Shown: positions 23,809 to 33,532 of the stretch, one piece after another
Numbering within the stretch: position 1 is the stretch's first letter
How the letters are laid out: every line of letters starts with the position of its first letter
Origin: SAR86 cluster bacterium
Lineage (GTDB): Bacteria; Pseudomonadota; Gammaproteobacteria; Magnimaribacterales; AG-339-G14
NCBI GenBank assembly: GCA_023703675.1
Contig: CP097974.1
Coordinates: 917,288-981,287 of the forward strand
Length of the DNA stretch: 64,000 nucleotides
Reading direction: 5' to 3'
Position numbers and translations under genes: made by a program
The notes under the pieces: model-generated
Databases searched by the model: none
Told to the model about the DNA's origin: nothing
The model's input: only the letters and a program-made list of their open reading frames with translations

Positions 23809-26800
23809 TTAGTTTACCTCTTCAAAATCTATGTCTATTCCTAGAGATCTTATTTCTTTAGTCAAAACGTTATAGGATTCTGGAATTCCGGCTTCCATTT
23901 CATGATTTCCATCCACAATGTTTTTGTAAACTTTTGTTCTTCCCGATACATCATCAGATTTTACTGTTAGCATTTCTTGTAACGTGTGAGCAGCTCCATA
24001 GGCCTCAAGAGCCCAAACCTCCATCTCTCCAAGTCTTTGGCCACCAAACTGTGCTTTTCCACCTAATGGTTGTTGAGTCACTAAGCTGTAGGAACCAGTT
24101 GATCTTGCATGCATCTTATCTTCTATTAAGTGATTGAGTTTAAGCATATACATGTATCCAATAGTTACTGGTCTTTCAAAAGCGTCCCCAGTTCTTCCAT
24201 CATAAAGAGTTGTTTGACCTGAAGCAGGAAGCCCTGCTAAATCTAGCATAGCTTTTATTTCTTTTTCAGAGGCCCCATCAAATACCGGAGTAGCCATAGG
24301 AACACCAGATTTCAAGTTATTGCAAAGTTCTTTAAATTCTTTTTCATTTAGCTTATCAAGGTCTTCTTCTCTTCCGACAGAAGAATAAACTTTGTTCACG
24401 AATTCTCTAGCTTCTTTAATGTTTGTGGAATCAATCAATTCTCCGATTTTTTTTCCAAGTTCTTTGGAAGCCCATCCAAGATGTGTCTCCATTAGTTGAC
24501 CAACATTCATTCTAGATGGAACGCCGAGGGGGTTCAAAACAATATCTACCGGCTCACCTTTCTCGTCATATGGCATATCCTCCACCGGCATAATTACTGA
24601 AATTACGCCTTTGTTACCATGACGACCAGCCAATTTGTCTCCTGGCTGAATTCTTCTTTTAACTGCTAAATAAACCTTGATTACTTGTTGAACTCCTGGC
24701 GGCAAATCATCTCCAGATATTATTTTCTTCTTTTTGTCGTCGAATTTTTTCTTTAAGTCTTCTTCGTATTTTTTTAATTTATCCTTTGCTTCTTTAATAT
24801 CATCATTTAACGACTCATCCTTCATCCTCAATTTAAACCATTCAGAAGGAGGAAGATCTGACAAAAAAGAATCTTCAATTTTGCTGCCTTTTTCTAAACC
24901 CTTAGCACTTACTATTTGTTTTCCCACAATAGAAGTTTTCAAAGAATTCAATGTAGCCATTGTGACGATTGATAATTCTTGGTCTATGTCTTTTTGGATT
25001 TCTGACAAGGAAATAGATTCAATTACTTGAGCTCGAGAATTTTTATCCAAGCCTTCTCTAGTAAAAATTTTAACATCGATAACTGTTCCATCTTGTCCAG
25101 ATTTCACCCTCAAAGAAGTATCTTTAACGTCAGACGCTTTTTCTCCAAATATTGCTCTCAGAAGTTTTTCTTCTGGAGAAAGTTGGGTTTCTCCTTTTGG
25201 AGTTACTTTCCCAACAAGTATGTCGCCTGCGTTTACTTCAGCTCCGATATGAACAATTCCACATTCGTCTAATTTAGATAAAGCAGAATCACCCACATTT
25301 GGAATATCTGCGGTTATTTCATCTGGTCCAAGCTTTGTGTCTCTTGACGTACAGGTTTCTTCTACAATATGAATACTAGTTAATTTGTCTTCTTGAACGA
25401 GGCGGTCGGAAATTAAAATTGAATCTTCAAAGTTATATCCATGCCATGGCATGAATGCTATTTTTATATTTTGTCCCAAGGCTAATTCACCTAGATCTAT
25501 TGATGATCCATCAGCCAATATATCGCCTTTAGAAACTCTATCTCCCTCCGAGACGATGGGTTTTTGATTTATGCAAGTATTCTGATTAGATCTGGTGTAC
25601 TTGATAAGGTTATAAATATCTACAGCAGAACCTGTGCCAGAAATATCTTTCAAATTTTTCCTAACAACAATTCTTCCGGAGTCTACCTTTTCAATAATTC
25701 CAGCATTTTTAGCTATCACACAGTCTCCAGAATTTCTAGCCACAGTTCTTTCCATACCAGTTCCTACTAATGGAGTTTCGGTAGATAGTGTTGGTACCGC
25801 TTGCCTCATCATATTTGAGCCCATCAACGCCCTATTTGCGTCGTCATGCTCGAGAAATGGTATCAATGCTGCTGCAATGGAAACGACTTGTTGAGGTGAA
25901 ACATCCATTAAATCGACTCTATCAGGAGTAACTAATTCAAATTCATTTCTGTATCTAACAGGAACAAGTTCTTCTACAAATTTATTATTCTTATCAAGGA
26001 CAGCACTAGCCTGGGCAATGACAAATTCGCCCTCTTCGATCGCAGATATGTACTTGATGTTCTCTGATACCTTTCCGTTGATTATCTCTCTATAAGGCGT
26101 CTCAATAAATCCGAAGTCATTAACTCTCGCATACACTGACAAAGAATTTATAAGACCAATATTTGGACCTTCAGGAGTTTCAATGGGACAAACTCTTCCA
26201 TAGTGAGTGGGGTGAACATCTCTGACCTCAAAACCTGCTCTTTCTCTAGTTAAGCCACCAGGACCTAGTGCAGAAACTCTTCTTTTGTGAGTAACTTCTG
26301 ACAGAGGATTGTTTTGGTCCATAAATTGGGATAATTGACTTGATCCAAAAAATTCATTGATAGCAGCAGTTACTGGTTTTGCATTGATTAATTCAGCAGG
26401 ACCAAATCCCTCCGCTTCTGCAACATTCAAACGTTCTCTAACTGCCCTTTCAACCCTCAAGAGACCTACTCGCACCTGATTGGAGACCATTTCACCAACA
26501 GATCTAATTCTTCTGTTTCCAAGATGATCGATGTCATCACAGTTTTGCTTTCCGTTTCTAATATCAACAAGAGTTTTCAAAACATCGATGATGTCATCTT
26601 TAGTAAGAACTCCTTCTCCGATAAGGTCTTCCTTACCTAATCTCTTGTTGAACTTCATCCTGCCCACATCGGACAAATCATATTTGTCTGCATTAAAAAA
26701 TAAATTTTCAAATAGAAGAGTGGCAGCTTCTTTCGTAGGCGGCTCTCCAGGACGCATCATCCTGTATATTTCTGCTAAGGCTTCAAGATTTGTAGCAGTT

Positions 26801-27888
26801 GTATCAGATCTCAAAGTCTCTGAAATGTAAGGACCAGATTCAAGCTCGTTAATGTATAGAGTATTTATTTGCTTGATTTTTAATTCTTCCAATTTTTCAA
26901 GCATGTCGGTATCAATTAGGGCATTGCAGGAAAAAATAATTTCTCCAGTTGTTTCGTCAATAATATCTTCAGCAAGCGAAAGGCCTACTAAAGCCTCTTT
27001 AGGGAGATCTAAAGATTTAATTTTATTAGACTCTATTAGTCTAATATGCCTGGCAGTTATTCTCTTACCTAATTCAATGATTACACTTTTATCTTTAGCC
27101 AGAATATCTACTGGTGCTAATCTTCCCACTAGTTTTTGTGAATTCAAAGAAAGACTATATAGCCCATTTTTATTCAAAGTATAAGATTCTTTTTCATAAA
27201 AGATATCTAGAATCTCCTTAGGTGTCATACCTAAACTCTTAAGTAAAATTGAAGCGTAAAGCTTTCTTCTTCTATCTATTCTTATGTAGATCAAATCCTT
27301 ATGATCAAACTCAAAGTCTAACCAAGAACCTCTGTAAGGAATAACTCTAGATGAATACAAAAGTTTCCCTGATGAATGGGTTTTTCCTTTATCGTGGTCA
27401 AAAATTAATCCCGGCGATCTGTGAAGTTGAGAAACAACTACTCTTTCAGTACCGTTGATTACGAAAGTTCCATGTTCAGTCATTAAGGGCATAGTGCCCA
27501 TATATACTTTTTCATCTCTTGCACTTTTAAGGTTCTCTTCTCCAGTAGTTTTATCAATGAAAGTAATTCGGCACCAGATATGCAAGGGAGCTTCATAAGT
27601 TCTGCCCCTGGGAAGACATTCAAATACGTCAAATTCGGGTTCACTTAATTCATATTTTAAATAATCTATTTTGGCATTACCCGAGACACTTACGATTGGA
27701 AATATTGATTTAAAAACCTGCTCTAGGCCCTGGTCTTTCCTTTTTTCTGAATCAATATCACTTTGCAAGAAGTGTTTATAAGAATCTGTTTGAATCTCTA
27801 GGATGTCAGGGAGCGACATTACGCTAGAGATTTTTTCAAAGCTTTTTCTTATTCTTTTCTTTTCAGCAAATGAATAGTTTTCAGTCAT
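23809..27888 (-). CDS. rpoB: DNA-directed RNA polymerase subunit beta
   Basis: 1359 aa. Rif-region sequence [34 protein letters not shown]. Located between rplL and rpoC. Confidence 0.98.
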   Translation of the reverse strand: MTENYSFAEKKRIRKSFEKISSVMSLPDILEIQTDSYKHFLQSDIDSEKRKDQGLEQVFKSIFPIVSVSGNAKIDYLKYELSEPEFDVFECLPRGRTYEAPLHIWCRITFIDKTTGEENLKSARDEKVYMGTMPLMTEHGTFVINGTERVVVSQLHRSPGLIFDHDKGKTHSSGKLLYSSRVIPYRGSWLDFEFDHKDLIYIRIDRRRKLYASILLKSLGMTPKEILDIFYEKESYTLNKNGLYSLSLNSQKLVGRLAPVDILAKDKSVIIELGKRITARHIRLIESNKIKSLDLPKEALVGLSLAEDIIDETTGEIIFSCNALIDTDMLEKLEELKIKQINTLYINELESGPYISETLRSDTTATNLEALAEIYRMMRPGEPPTKEAATLLFENLFFNADKYDLSDVGRMKFNKRLGKEDLIGEGVLTKDDIIDVLKTLVDIRNGKQNCDDIDHLGNRRIRSVGEMVSNQVRVGLLRVERAVRERLNVAEAEGFGPAELINAKPVTAAINEFFGSSQLSQFMDQNNPLSEVTHKRRVSALGPGGLTRERAGFEVRDVHPTHYGRVCPIETPEGPNIGLINSLSVYARVNDFGFIETPYREIINGKVSENIKYISAIEEGEFVIAQASAVLDKNNKFVEELVPVRYRNEFELVTPDRVDLMDVSPQQVVSIAAALIPFLEHDDANRALMGSNMMRQAVPTLSTETPLVGTGMERTVARNSGDCVIAKNAGIIEKVDSGRIVVRKNLKDISGTGSAVDIYNLIKYTRSNQNTCINQKPIVSEGDRVSKGDILADGSSIDLGELALGQNIKIAFMPWHGYNFEDSILISDRLVQEDKLTSIHIVEETCTSRDTKLGPDEITADIPNVGDSALSKLDECGIVHIGAEVNAGDILVGKVTPKGETQLSPEEKLLRAIFGEKASDVKDTSLRVKSGQDGTVIDVKIFTREGLDKNSRAQVIESISLSEIQKDIDQELSIVTMATLNSLKTSIVGKQIVSAKGLEKGSKIEDSFLSDLPPSEWFKLRMKDESLNDDIKEAKDKLKKYEEDLKKKFDDKKKKIISGDDLPPGVQQVIKVYLAVKRRIQPGDKLAGRHGNKGVISVIMPVEDMPYDEKGEPVDIVLNPLGVPSRMNVGQLMETHLGWASKELGKKIGELIDSTNIKEAREFVNKVYSSVGREEDLDKLNEKEFKELCNNLKSGVPMATPVFDGASEKEIKAMLDLAGLPASGQTTLYDGRTGDAFERPVTIGYMYMLKLNHLIEDKMHARSTGSYSLVTQQPLGGKAQFGGQRLGEMEVWALEAYGAAHTLQEMLTVKSDDVSGRTKVYKNIVDGNHEMEAGIPESYNVLTKEIRSLGIDIDFEEVN

Positions 27889-27903
27889 AAATAATAATTT
27901 TTA

Positions 27904-28287
27904 TTATTTTAATTCAACAGTTGCGCCAGCTTCTTCTAATTGAGATTTAGCTGTTTCTGCATCTTCTTTACTAGCTCCCTCTTTAACAGATGCTGGGGCA
28001 CCATCGACAATAGCCTTGGCTTCTTTTAAACCTAGTCCAGTAATCGTTCTCACCGCCTTAATAACATCTATTTTTTTATCTCCTACATCAGATAAAAAGA
28101 TTTCAAATTCACTCTGCTCCTCAGCAGCTTCAGCTCCCGCTTCGCTAGCAGCTGGAGCAGCAGCGGCAGCGACAGGGGCTGCAGCGGATACTCCGAATTT
28201 TTCTTCCATAAGTTTAACTAGATCGACAATATCCATGACGCTCATTTCCGAAATTGCGTCTAAGATTTCTTCCTTTGTTAAAGCCAT
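27904..28287 (-). CDS. rplL: 50S ribosomal protein L7/L12
   Basis: 127 aa. Ala-rich hinge and C-terminal [15 protein letters not shown]. Confidence 0.97.
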   Translation of the reverse strand: MALTKEEILDAISEMSVMDIVDLVKLMEEKFGVSAAAPVAAAAAPAASEAGAEAAEEQSEFEIFLSDVGDKKIDVIKAVRTITGLGLKEAKAIVDGAPASVKEGASKEDAETAKSQLEEAGATVELK

Positions 28288-28315
28288 TTTTAACTCCTAA
28301 TATAATAAACCAAAC

Positions 28316-28834
28316 TCAATTTTTAGAATCACTGTAAGCACTTAAAGTTCTTACCATAGAAGATGGAATTTCCTTGGAGATCAACGCTAGATTAGTTATT
28401 GGGGCTAATATTAATCCCAGTAACATTGAAATTGCTTCTTCTTTATTAGGTAGTGAAGCAATACTATTAAGTTGATCTGCTGAAAGCAAACCCTCTCCTA
28501 TTGAAAGGCCTTTAACTTCAAAAGATTCTTCAGATTTTGAAAAATCTTTTATGAGTTTCGCAGCGCTTTGATAATCTTCTTTAGAAAAAGCCAGCAAAGT
28601 TGGACCTGATAGAACATCTATCAGAGAATCAAATTTAGAATCCTCTAATGCTTTTTTAGCAAGAGTGTTTTTAATTATTTTAATAAAAACAGACTTGTCT
28701 TTTGCATCTTTTCTGAAGGAAGTAAGTTTTGGAACATCTGTTCCTCGATAATCTACCGCAACAACCGATAAAGACTCATCAACAACCTTTCTTAATTCAT
28801 CAACTTGTACTTTTTTTAAGTCTAAATTAGACAT
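28316..28834 (-). CDS. rplJ: 50S ribosomal protein L10
   Basis: The ORF track extends to 28870. The ATG at 28832-28834 (MSNLDLKKVQVDEL..., 172 aa) is preceded by GAGGAA. Located upstream of rplL. Confidence 0.93.
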   Translation of the reverse strand: MSNLDLKKVQVDELRKVVDESLSVVAVDYRGTDVPKLTSFRKDAKDKSVFIKIIKNTLAKKALEDSKFDSLIDVLSGPTLLAFSKEDYQSAAKLIKDFSKSEESFEVKGLSIGEGLLSADQLNSIASLPNKEEAISMLLGLILAPITNLALISKEIPSSMVRTLSAYSDSKN

Positions 28835-29005
28835 TATTAATTCCTCAAAATGAGTAATATAAAACCTCAATCTCTCGAAGAGTATTGAGAACCATCTGCG
28901 CAGGAAAAATTAAGCTTTTTTTTACGAAGCTCCTGCGGTCTTTGACAATTGCAATGGAACTGCAATGGCACAAAAATTCTTTATCTACAAAATTATATTT
29001 CAACA
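28835..29005 (-). promoter_or_regulatory. rplJ 5' leader with stem-loops (candidate L10 autoregulatory leader)
   Basis: 171-nt gap, the largest in the 29-kb block. RNA-sense stems: CGCAGG-AGCUU...AAGCU-(8-nt asymmetric loop)-CCUGCG (28899-28937), and CUCAAU-A-CUCU-UCG-AGAG-AUUGAG (28866-28889) followed by GUUUUAUAUU. Confidence 0.45.
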
Positions 29006-29650
29006 TTAAAAATTCAAATTAGTTAGATCTAAATCAAAACCTTTTCCCATGGTAGAAGAAATAGAAACTTTAGAAATGAAAACTCCTTTAGAAGAAGGAG
29101 GTTTAGCTTTTTTTAAATCTGTAAGAAAAGCTTCTAAATTGTCTCTGATTTGATCTTCTGAATAACCTATTTGCCCAATACGGGTATGGATTATACCCTG
29201 CTTATCAGATTTATACCTAATTTGTCCCGATTTAGCATTCTTAACAGCTGATTTAATGTCTTTTGTAACCGTTTCAGATTTTGGATTAGGCATTAGACCT
29301 TTAGGCCCAAGTATTTGGCCAAGTGGACTGACAACTTTCATAGTTGTAGGCGTTGCTATGATGACATCAAAATCTAAATTTCCTTTTTTCATTTCATCGG
29401 CCAAATCTTCCATTCCAACTTTGTCAGCACCATTTTCTTTAGCATCCTTAGCTTCATCACCCTCGGCAAAAACTGCCACTTTATAAGTTTTTCCATTTCC
29501 ATGCGGTAAATTTGTTGCTCCTCTAACGGCTTGATCTGTTTTTTTTGGATCAATACCTAAATTGACTGCTACGTCTAATGCTTCCTTAAAATTTTTTGAT
29601 GCGCTTTCGTTAATTTCACTAACAGCAAATTCTAATTTTACCTTTTCCAT
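29006..29650 (-). CDS. rplA: 50S ribosomal protein L1 (N-terminally short)
   Basis: 214 aa. [20 protein letters not shown] and [12 protein letters not shown] motifs. The start cannot extend because an in-frame TAA lies two codons upstream and rplK ends 3 nt away. Confidence 0.94.
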   Translation of the reverse strand: MEKVKLEFAVSEINESASKNFKEALDVAVNLGIDPKKTDQAVRGATNLPHGNGKTYKVAVFAEGDEAKDAKENGADKVGMEDLADEMKKGNLDFDVIIATPTTMKVVSPLGQILGPKGLMPNPKSETVTKDIKSAVKNAKSGQIRYKSDKQGIIHTRIGQIGYSEDQIRDNLEAFLTDLKKAKPPSSKGVFISKVSISSTMGKGFDLDLTNLNF

Positions 29651-29653
29651 AAT

Positions 29654-30088
29654 TTAATTCTCTACTTCGATTCCCATACTTCTTGCGCTGCCCTCAATAA
29701 TCTTGACAGCAGCATCTAAATTTGAGGCATTTAAATCTGCCATTTTGGCTTGAGCTATTTCTTCCAATTGTGATCTATTAACTTTTCCGACTTTTTCGGA
29801 GTTGGGCGTGCTACTTCCTTTTGAAAGTCCAGCTGCTTTTTTTAATAAAATACTTGCAGGTGTAGTTTTAACTATAAAATCAAAACTTCTATCTTCATAA
29901 ACAGATATGACAACAGGAACAGGAACATTTTTTTCTAAATCATTTGTTTTTGAATTAAAAGCGTTACAAAAGTCCATCAAATTCACTCCATGTTGACCGA
30001 GTGCAGGACCAACAGGCGGGCTAGGGCTAGCAGCTCCAGCAGGAACTTGAAGCTTAATATAGGTCATAATTTTCTTATCTTTGGCCAT
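29654..30088 (-). CDS. rplK: 50S ribosomal protein L11
   Basis: 144 aa. [26 protein letters not shown]. Confidence 0.97.
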   Translation of the reverse strand: MAKDKKIMTYIKLQVPAGAASPSPPVGPALGQHGVNLMDFCNAFNSKTNDLEKNVPVPVVISVYEDRSFDFIVKTTPASILLKKAAGLSKGSSTPNSEKVGKVNRSQLEEIAQAKMADLNASNLDAAVKIIEGSARSMGIEVEN

Positions 30089-30621
30089 TAGCTTCTCTCA
30101 ATTTGAGTAAAATCTAATTCAACTGGCGTCGACCTTCCAAATATCATAACTGCAACTTTAACCTTACTTTTTTCATTATCTACTTCTTCCACAACACCAC
30201 TAAAATCATTAAAAGGTCCATCTATTACCCTAATCATTTCCCCGGGCTCAAATGAAACTGATTGCGTAGATTCATCAACTCCATTTTCAATCTGATTTAA
30301 AATTCGGTTCGCCTCAACATCTGTAATGCTTTTAGGATCATTTTTTGTTCCTCCAATAAAACCTAAAACTCTTGGAGTTTCTTTAACTAAATGCCAAGTA
30401 TCATCATTCATTTCCATTTCCACTAAAATATATCCAGGAAAGAACTTCTTTTGTACGATTTTTTCTTTACCGCCTTTAATTTCAGTTATTTCCTGAGTAG
30501 GAACTTCTATTCTTCCAAAATATTCATCCTGTCCCTCAGAAGCAATTCTGTCCATCAATTGTTCTTTAGCTTTATTTTCATAACCAGAATAAGAATTAAT
30601 TACATACCAAGCTTTAGACAT
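30088..30621 (-). CDS. nusG: transcription termination/antitermination factor NusG
   Basis: 177 aa. [21 protein letters not shown] domain and C-terminal KOW ([14 protein letters not shown]). Confidence 0.96.
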   Translation of the reverse strand: MSKAWYVINSYSGYENKAKEQLMDRIASEGQDEYFGRIEVPTQEITEIKGGKEKIVQKKFFPGYILVEMEMNDDTWHLVKETPRVLGFIGGTKNDPKSITDVEANRILNQIENGVDESTQSVSFEPGEMIRVIDGPFNDFSGVVEEVDNEKSKVKVAVMIFGRSTPVELDFTQIERS

Positions 30622-30624
30622 ATT

Positions 30625-30993
30625 TCAACCCAATAACAATTTGATTAAAAAAGAAAACAAAGAGTCTAATCCCCACAAAATAAGAGAAGCAATTAAAACC
30701 GCAACAGTAACTATAAGAGTTGTCTGAGTCGTTTCTGTTCTATTGGGCCATACAACTTTCCTGATTTCTGTAGAAGATTGTACAAGTAAATTGTAAGTTT
30801 GATTTCCGAATATTGTAAATCTCAAGACAAATAAAGAAACTAAAAGAATCCCTACAACGCCTAATACTCTATATAAAAGACCAATGTCAGAAAAATATGA
30901 ATTGCCCCATACGGCAAGGGAAATTAGACATAATCCTATAAGCCAAAGCAGCTTGCTTTGGATATTATAATTACTTTCTACTTGTTGTGACAT
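30625..30993 (-). CDS. secE: preprotein translocase subunit SecE
   Basis: The ORF track starts at a TTG (30996). The adjacent ATG at 30991-30993 gives MSQQVES... (122 aa). Three TM segments and EIRKVVWPNRTETTQTTLIV motif. Confidence 0.93.
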   Translation of the reverse strand: MSQQVESNYNIQSKLLWLIGLCLISLAVWGNSYFSDIGLLYRVLGVVGILLVSLFVLRFTIFGNQTYNLLVQSSTEIRKVVWPNRTETTQTTLIVTVAVLIASLILWGLDSLFSFLIKLLLG

Positions 30994-31013
30994 CAAAAAC
31001 TACCTTCAAATCG

Positions 31014-31089
31014 TGGCAGGCCAGGAGGGAATCGAACCCCCAACCTGCGGTTTTGGAGACCGCCGCTCTACCAATTGAGCTACTGGCCT
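31014..31089 (-). tRNA. tRNA-Trp (anticodon CCA), CCA-3' encoded
   Basis: 76 nt. AGGCCAG/CTGGCCT acceptor stem, anticodon loop CTCCAAA, T-loop GGTTCGATTCC. Canonical position between tuf and secE. Confidence 0.95.
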
Positions 31090-32281
31090 ACTCGATAATC
31101 TTAGTAACTACTCCAGCACCTACGGTTCTTCCGCCCTCTCTAATGGCAAATTTCATACCGTCTTCCATCGCGATGGGAGAAATAAGCTCAACAGTGACAG
31201 AGACGTCATCACCTGGCATGACCATCTCAACGCCGTCAGGTAAAGTAACCGCACCTGTAACATCGGTAGTTCTAACATAAAACTGTGGTCTGTAGCCTTT
31301 AAAGAAAGGTGTGTGTCTTCCTCCTTCTTCTTTGCTTAAAACATAAACTTGGGCTTCAAATTTAGTATGAGATTTAATAGAACCAGGAGCGCATAAAACT
31401 TGACCTCTCTCTACTTCCTCACGTTTCGTTCCTCTTAATAAAACACCAACATTTTCGCCAGCTCTTCCCTGGTCTAGAAGTTTTCTAAACATTTCTACTC
31501 CAGTACAAACTGTAGCTTCGGATTCTTTGATACCGATAATGTCCAAAGGATCGTTAACATTAACCATACCTCTCTCAATTCTTCCTGTTACCACTGTACC
31601 TCTTCCTTGAATAGAAAAGATGTCCTCTATAGGCATTAAAAAAGGTTTGTCTGTTTCTCTTTCGGGTTCTGGAATATAAGAGTCGAGAGCTTCCACAAGT
31701 TTCGTAACTGCTGAAACACCTATATCTGATGCATCTCCTTCAAGCGCCTTCAATGCGGATCCGACAATAATTGGAGTATCTGCCCCAGGAAAATCATATT
31801 CTGTTAATAATTCTCTAATTTCTTCTTCAACCAACATTGTCAATTCTTCGTCATCTACCATGTCAGCTTTATTCAAAAAAACTACAATGTAAGGAACACC
31901 AACTTGTCTTGCTAATAAGATGTGTTCTCTAGTTTGTGGCATAGGACCGTCAGCAGCATTGACCACTAATATAGCCCCATCCATTTGGGCAGCTCCAGTA
32001 ATCATATTTTTTATGTAGTCGGCATGCCCCGGACAATCGACATGTGCATAATGTCTGTTAGGTGTATCGTATTCCACATGAGAGGTGGCAATAGTTATTC
32101 CCCTTTCTTTCTCCTCTGGAGCATTATCAATTCCATCAAAAGCTACGGCTTCTCCAGCTCCATAAGCATCTGCACATACTTTTGTAAGAGCAGCGGTAAG
32201 TGTAGTTTTACCATGATCTACGTGACCAATAGTTCCAACATTTACATGCGGTTTGGTTCTTTCAAATTTTTCCTTAGCCAT
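31088..32281 (-). CDS. tuf: elongation factor Tu
   Basis: 397 aa. [39 protein letters not shown] and NKADMV motifs. Confidence 0.98.
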   Translation of the reverse strand: MAKEKFERTKPHVNVGTIGHVDHGKTTLTAALTKVCADAYGAGEAVAFDGIDNAPEEKERGITIATSHVEYDTPNRHYAHVDCPGHADYIKNMITGAAQMDGAILVVNAADGPMPQTREHILLARQVGVPYIVVFLNKADMVDDEELTMLVEEEIRELLTEYDFPGADTPIIVGSALKALEGDASDIGVSAVTKLVEALDSYIPEPERETDKPFLMPIEDIFSIQGRGTVVTGRIERGMVNVNDPLDIIGIKESEATVCTGVEMFRKLLDQGRAGENVGVLLRGTKREEVERGQVLCAPGSIKSHTKFEAQVYVLSKEEGGRHTPFFKGYRPQFYVRTTDVTGAVTLPDGVEMVMPGDDVSVTVELISPIAMEDGMKFAIREGGRTVGAGVVTKIIE

Positions 32282-32321
32282 TTTTTTTCCTCTCTAAAAT
32301 TAAACTAAATTTTTAAAACTT

Positions 32322-32397
<76 letters not shown>

Positions 32398-32479
32398 AAA
32401 CCCTGGAAGAAAAAAGAAAGTCTAGACTTATCATCATCAAAAAAAAATAAACAAACCTAGACCCTTATCTCCGTTCGCG

Positions 32480-32508
32480 TTTATACTCAATTCTAAGGTT
32501 AATTGCAA
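32480..32508 (-). promoter_or_regulatory. possible internal sigma70-type promoter (TTGCAA-N17-TATAAA) between tRNA-Tyr and tRNA-Thr
   Basis: On the minus strand: TTGCAA (32508-32503), 17-nt spacer, TATAAA (32485-32480). Confidence 0.35.
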
Positions 32509-32516
32509 CAAAAATA

Positions 32517-32600
32517 TGGTGGAGGGGGCAGGATTCGAACCTGCGAAGCCGAAGCGGCTGATTTACAGTCAGCTGGGTTTGACCGCTCCCCAACCCCTCC
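32517..32600 (-). tRNA. tRNA-Tyr (anticodon GUA), long variable arm, CCA-3' encoded
   Basis: 84 nt. GGAGGGG/CCCCTCC acceptor stem, anticodon arm GCTGA-CTGTAAA-TCAGC, variable arm CGCTTCGGCTTC. Closely parallels E. coli tRNA-Tyr. Confidence 0.93.
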
Positions 32601-32628
32601 ATATTGGACGCTTATTCTCTTGTTACAA

Positions 32629-33423
32629 ATGGAAGATGTCAATCAAAACCCTTTAAATAGGAAAATTATTAATTCATATTTGAATTTAGAGGAATTCCAA
32701 AAGGTAAAAATACTAATTTTTAAAGAAATAGACTCAACAAATAGATACTTATCGGATTTAGAAAGTGACGCAGATACTCTTTATATTTGTTCAGCTGAAA
32801 AGCAAACTAGGGGCAAAGGAAGAGGAAATAAAAAATGGGAAAGTCCAACGGGTCAAAATATTTACTTATCATTATCTTTCCAGTTTGGAAAAAATTCTAA
32901 CCTGAATGGCTTTAGTTTAATGGTTGGTTTAGCAATTAGAGACACTTTAGAAGAGCTTTATGACATAGATTCAAATATAAAATGGCCAAATGATATCTTT
33001 TTTAAAAATAAAAAATTATGTGGAATTTTGATTGAAACTAAATATGAAAATAATTTAGTCAAGATTATTATTGGTATAGGGATAAATGTTTTTATGCAAA
33101 CTAATAATGATATAAATCAGGATTGGGTTTCCCTTAAATTAATTGATGGAAGAAAAAAGTTTGACAGAAACCTAATTATTGGAAAATTGACGTCAAAAAT
33201 CATAGATTATTCTAGGGATTATCAAATGTATGGCTTTGCTCACTTTCAAAAAAAATTCAACCAATATAATTATCTAAAAAATAAAACTGTAACCTCAGAG
33301 AGTTTCAAAAAAAAAGATTGTAAGGTAATTGAAGTAGACCACGAGGGAAGATTAAAAGTATTGATCGACAAAGAAACCAAACTAATTTCTTCTGGAGAAC
33401 TCTCTTTCAAAATAAAAGAATAG
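32629..33423 (+). CDS. birA: biotin--[acetyl-CoA-carboxylase] ligase, group I (no N-terminal HTH)
   Basis: The ORF-track TTG start at 32503 runs antisense through tRNA-Tyr. The ATG at 32629 gives 264 aa with EIDSTNRYL and the TRGKGRGNKKWESP (GRGRxGRxW-type) biotin-binding loop. Confidence 0.88.
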   Translation: MEDVNQNPLNRKIINSYLNLEEFQKVKILIFKEIDSTNRYLSDLESDADTLYICSAEKQTRGKGRGNKKWESPTGQNIYLSLSFQFGKNSNLNGFSLMVGLAIRDTLEELYDIDSNIKWPNDIFFKNKKLCGILIETKYENNLVKIIIGIGINVFMQTNNDINQDWVSLKLIDGRKKFDRNLIIGKLTSKIIDYSRDYQMYGFAHFQKKFNQYNYLKNKTVTSESFKKKDCKVIEVDHEGRLKVLIDKETKLISSGELSFKIKE

Positions 33424-33443
33424 TTATATAATCATTTCTCTTA

Positions 33444-33516
33444 GCTGGCGTAGCTCAGTTGGTAGAGCTCCTGATTTGTAATCAGGTGGTCGTTGGTTCG
33501 AATCCAATCGCCAGCT
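33444..33516 (+). tRNA. tRNA-Thr (anticodon UGU), CCA not encoded
   Basis: 73 nt. GCTGGCG/CGCCAGC acceptor stem, anticodon arm CCTGA-TTTGTAA-TCAGG, T-loop GGTTCGAATCC. Confidence 0.93.
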
Positions 33517-33532
33517 CCGTTTGTATTTCTAA

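Noticed and set aside
28950-28968. Tandem TGCAATGG repeats, considered as a CRISPR-like or other repeat array
   Set aside because: There are only two 8-nt copies 11 nt apart inside the rplJ leader. This is far too short and too few for any repeat-array class. It is noted only as a possible binding site within the leader finding.
29006-29650. Short rplA as a pseudogene or frameshifted gene
   Set aside because: The 214-aa frame is intact through all conserved L1 blocks to a normal C-terminus. The gene starts with an ATG 3 nt after rplK. Only the N-terminal approximately 17 residues are missing. I treat it as a genuine short form and report it as a finding.
32503-32628. N-terminal extension of the birA ORF (TTG start, MQQKYGGGGRIRTCEAEAADLQSAGF...)
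   Set aside because: This segment is simply the reverse complement of tRNA-Tyr read as protein. The real start is the ATG at 32629.
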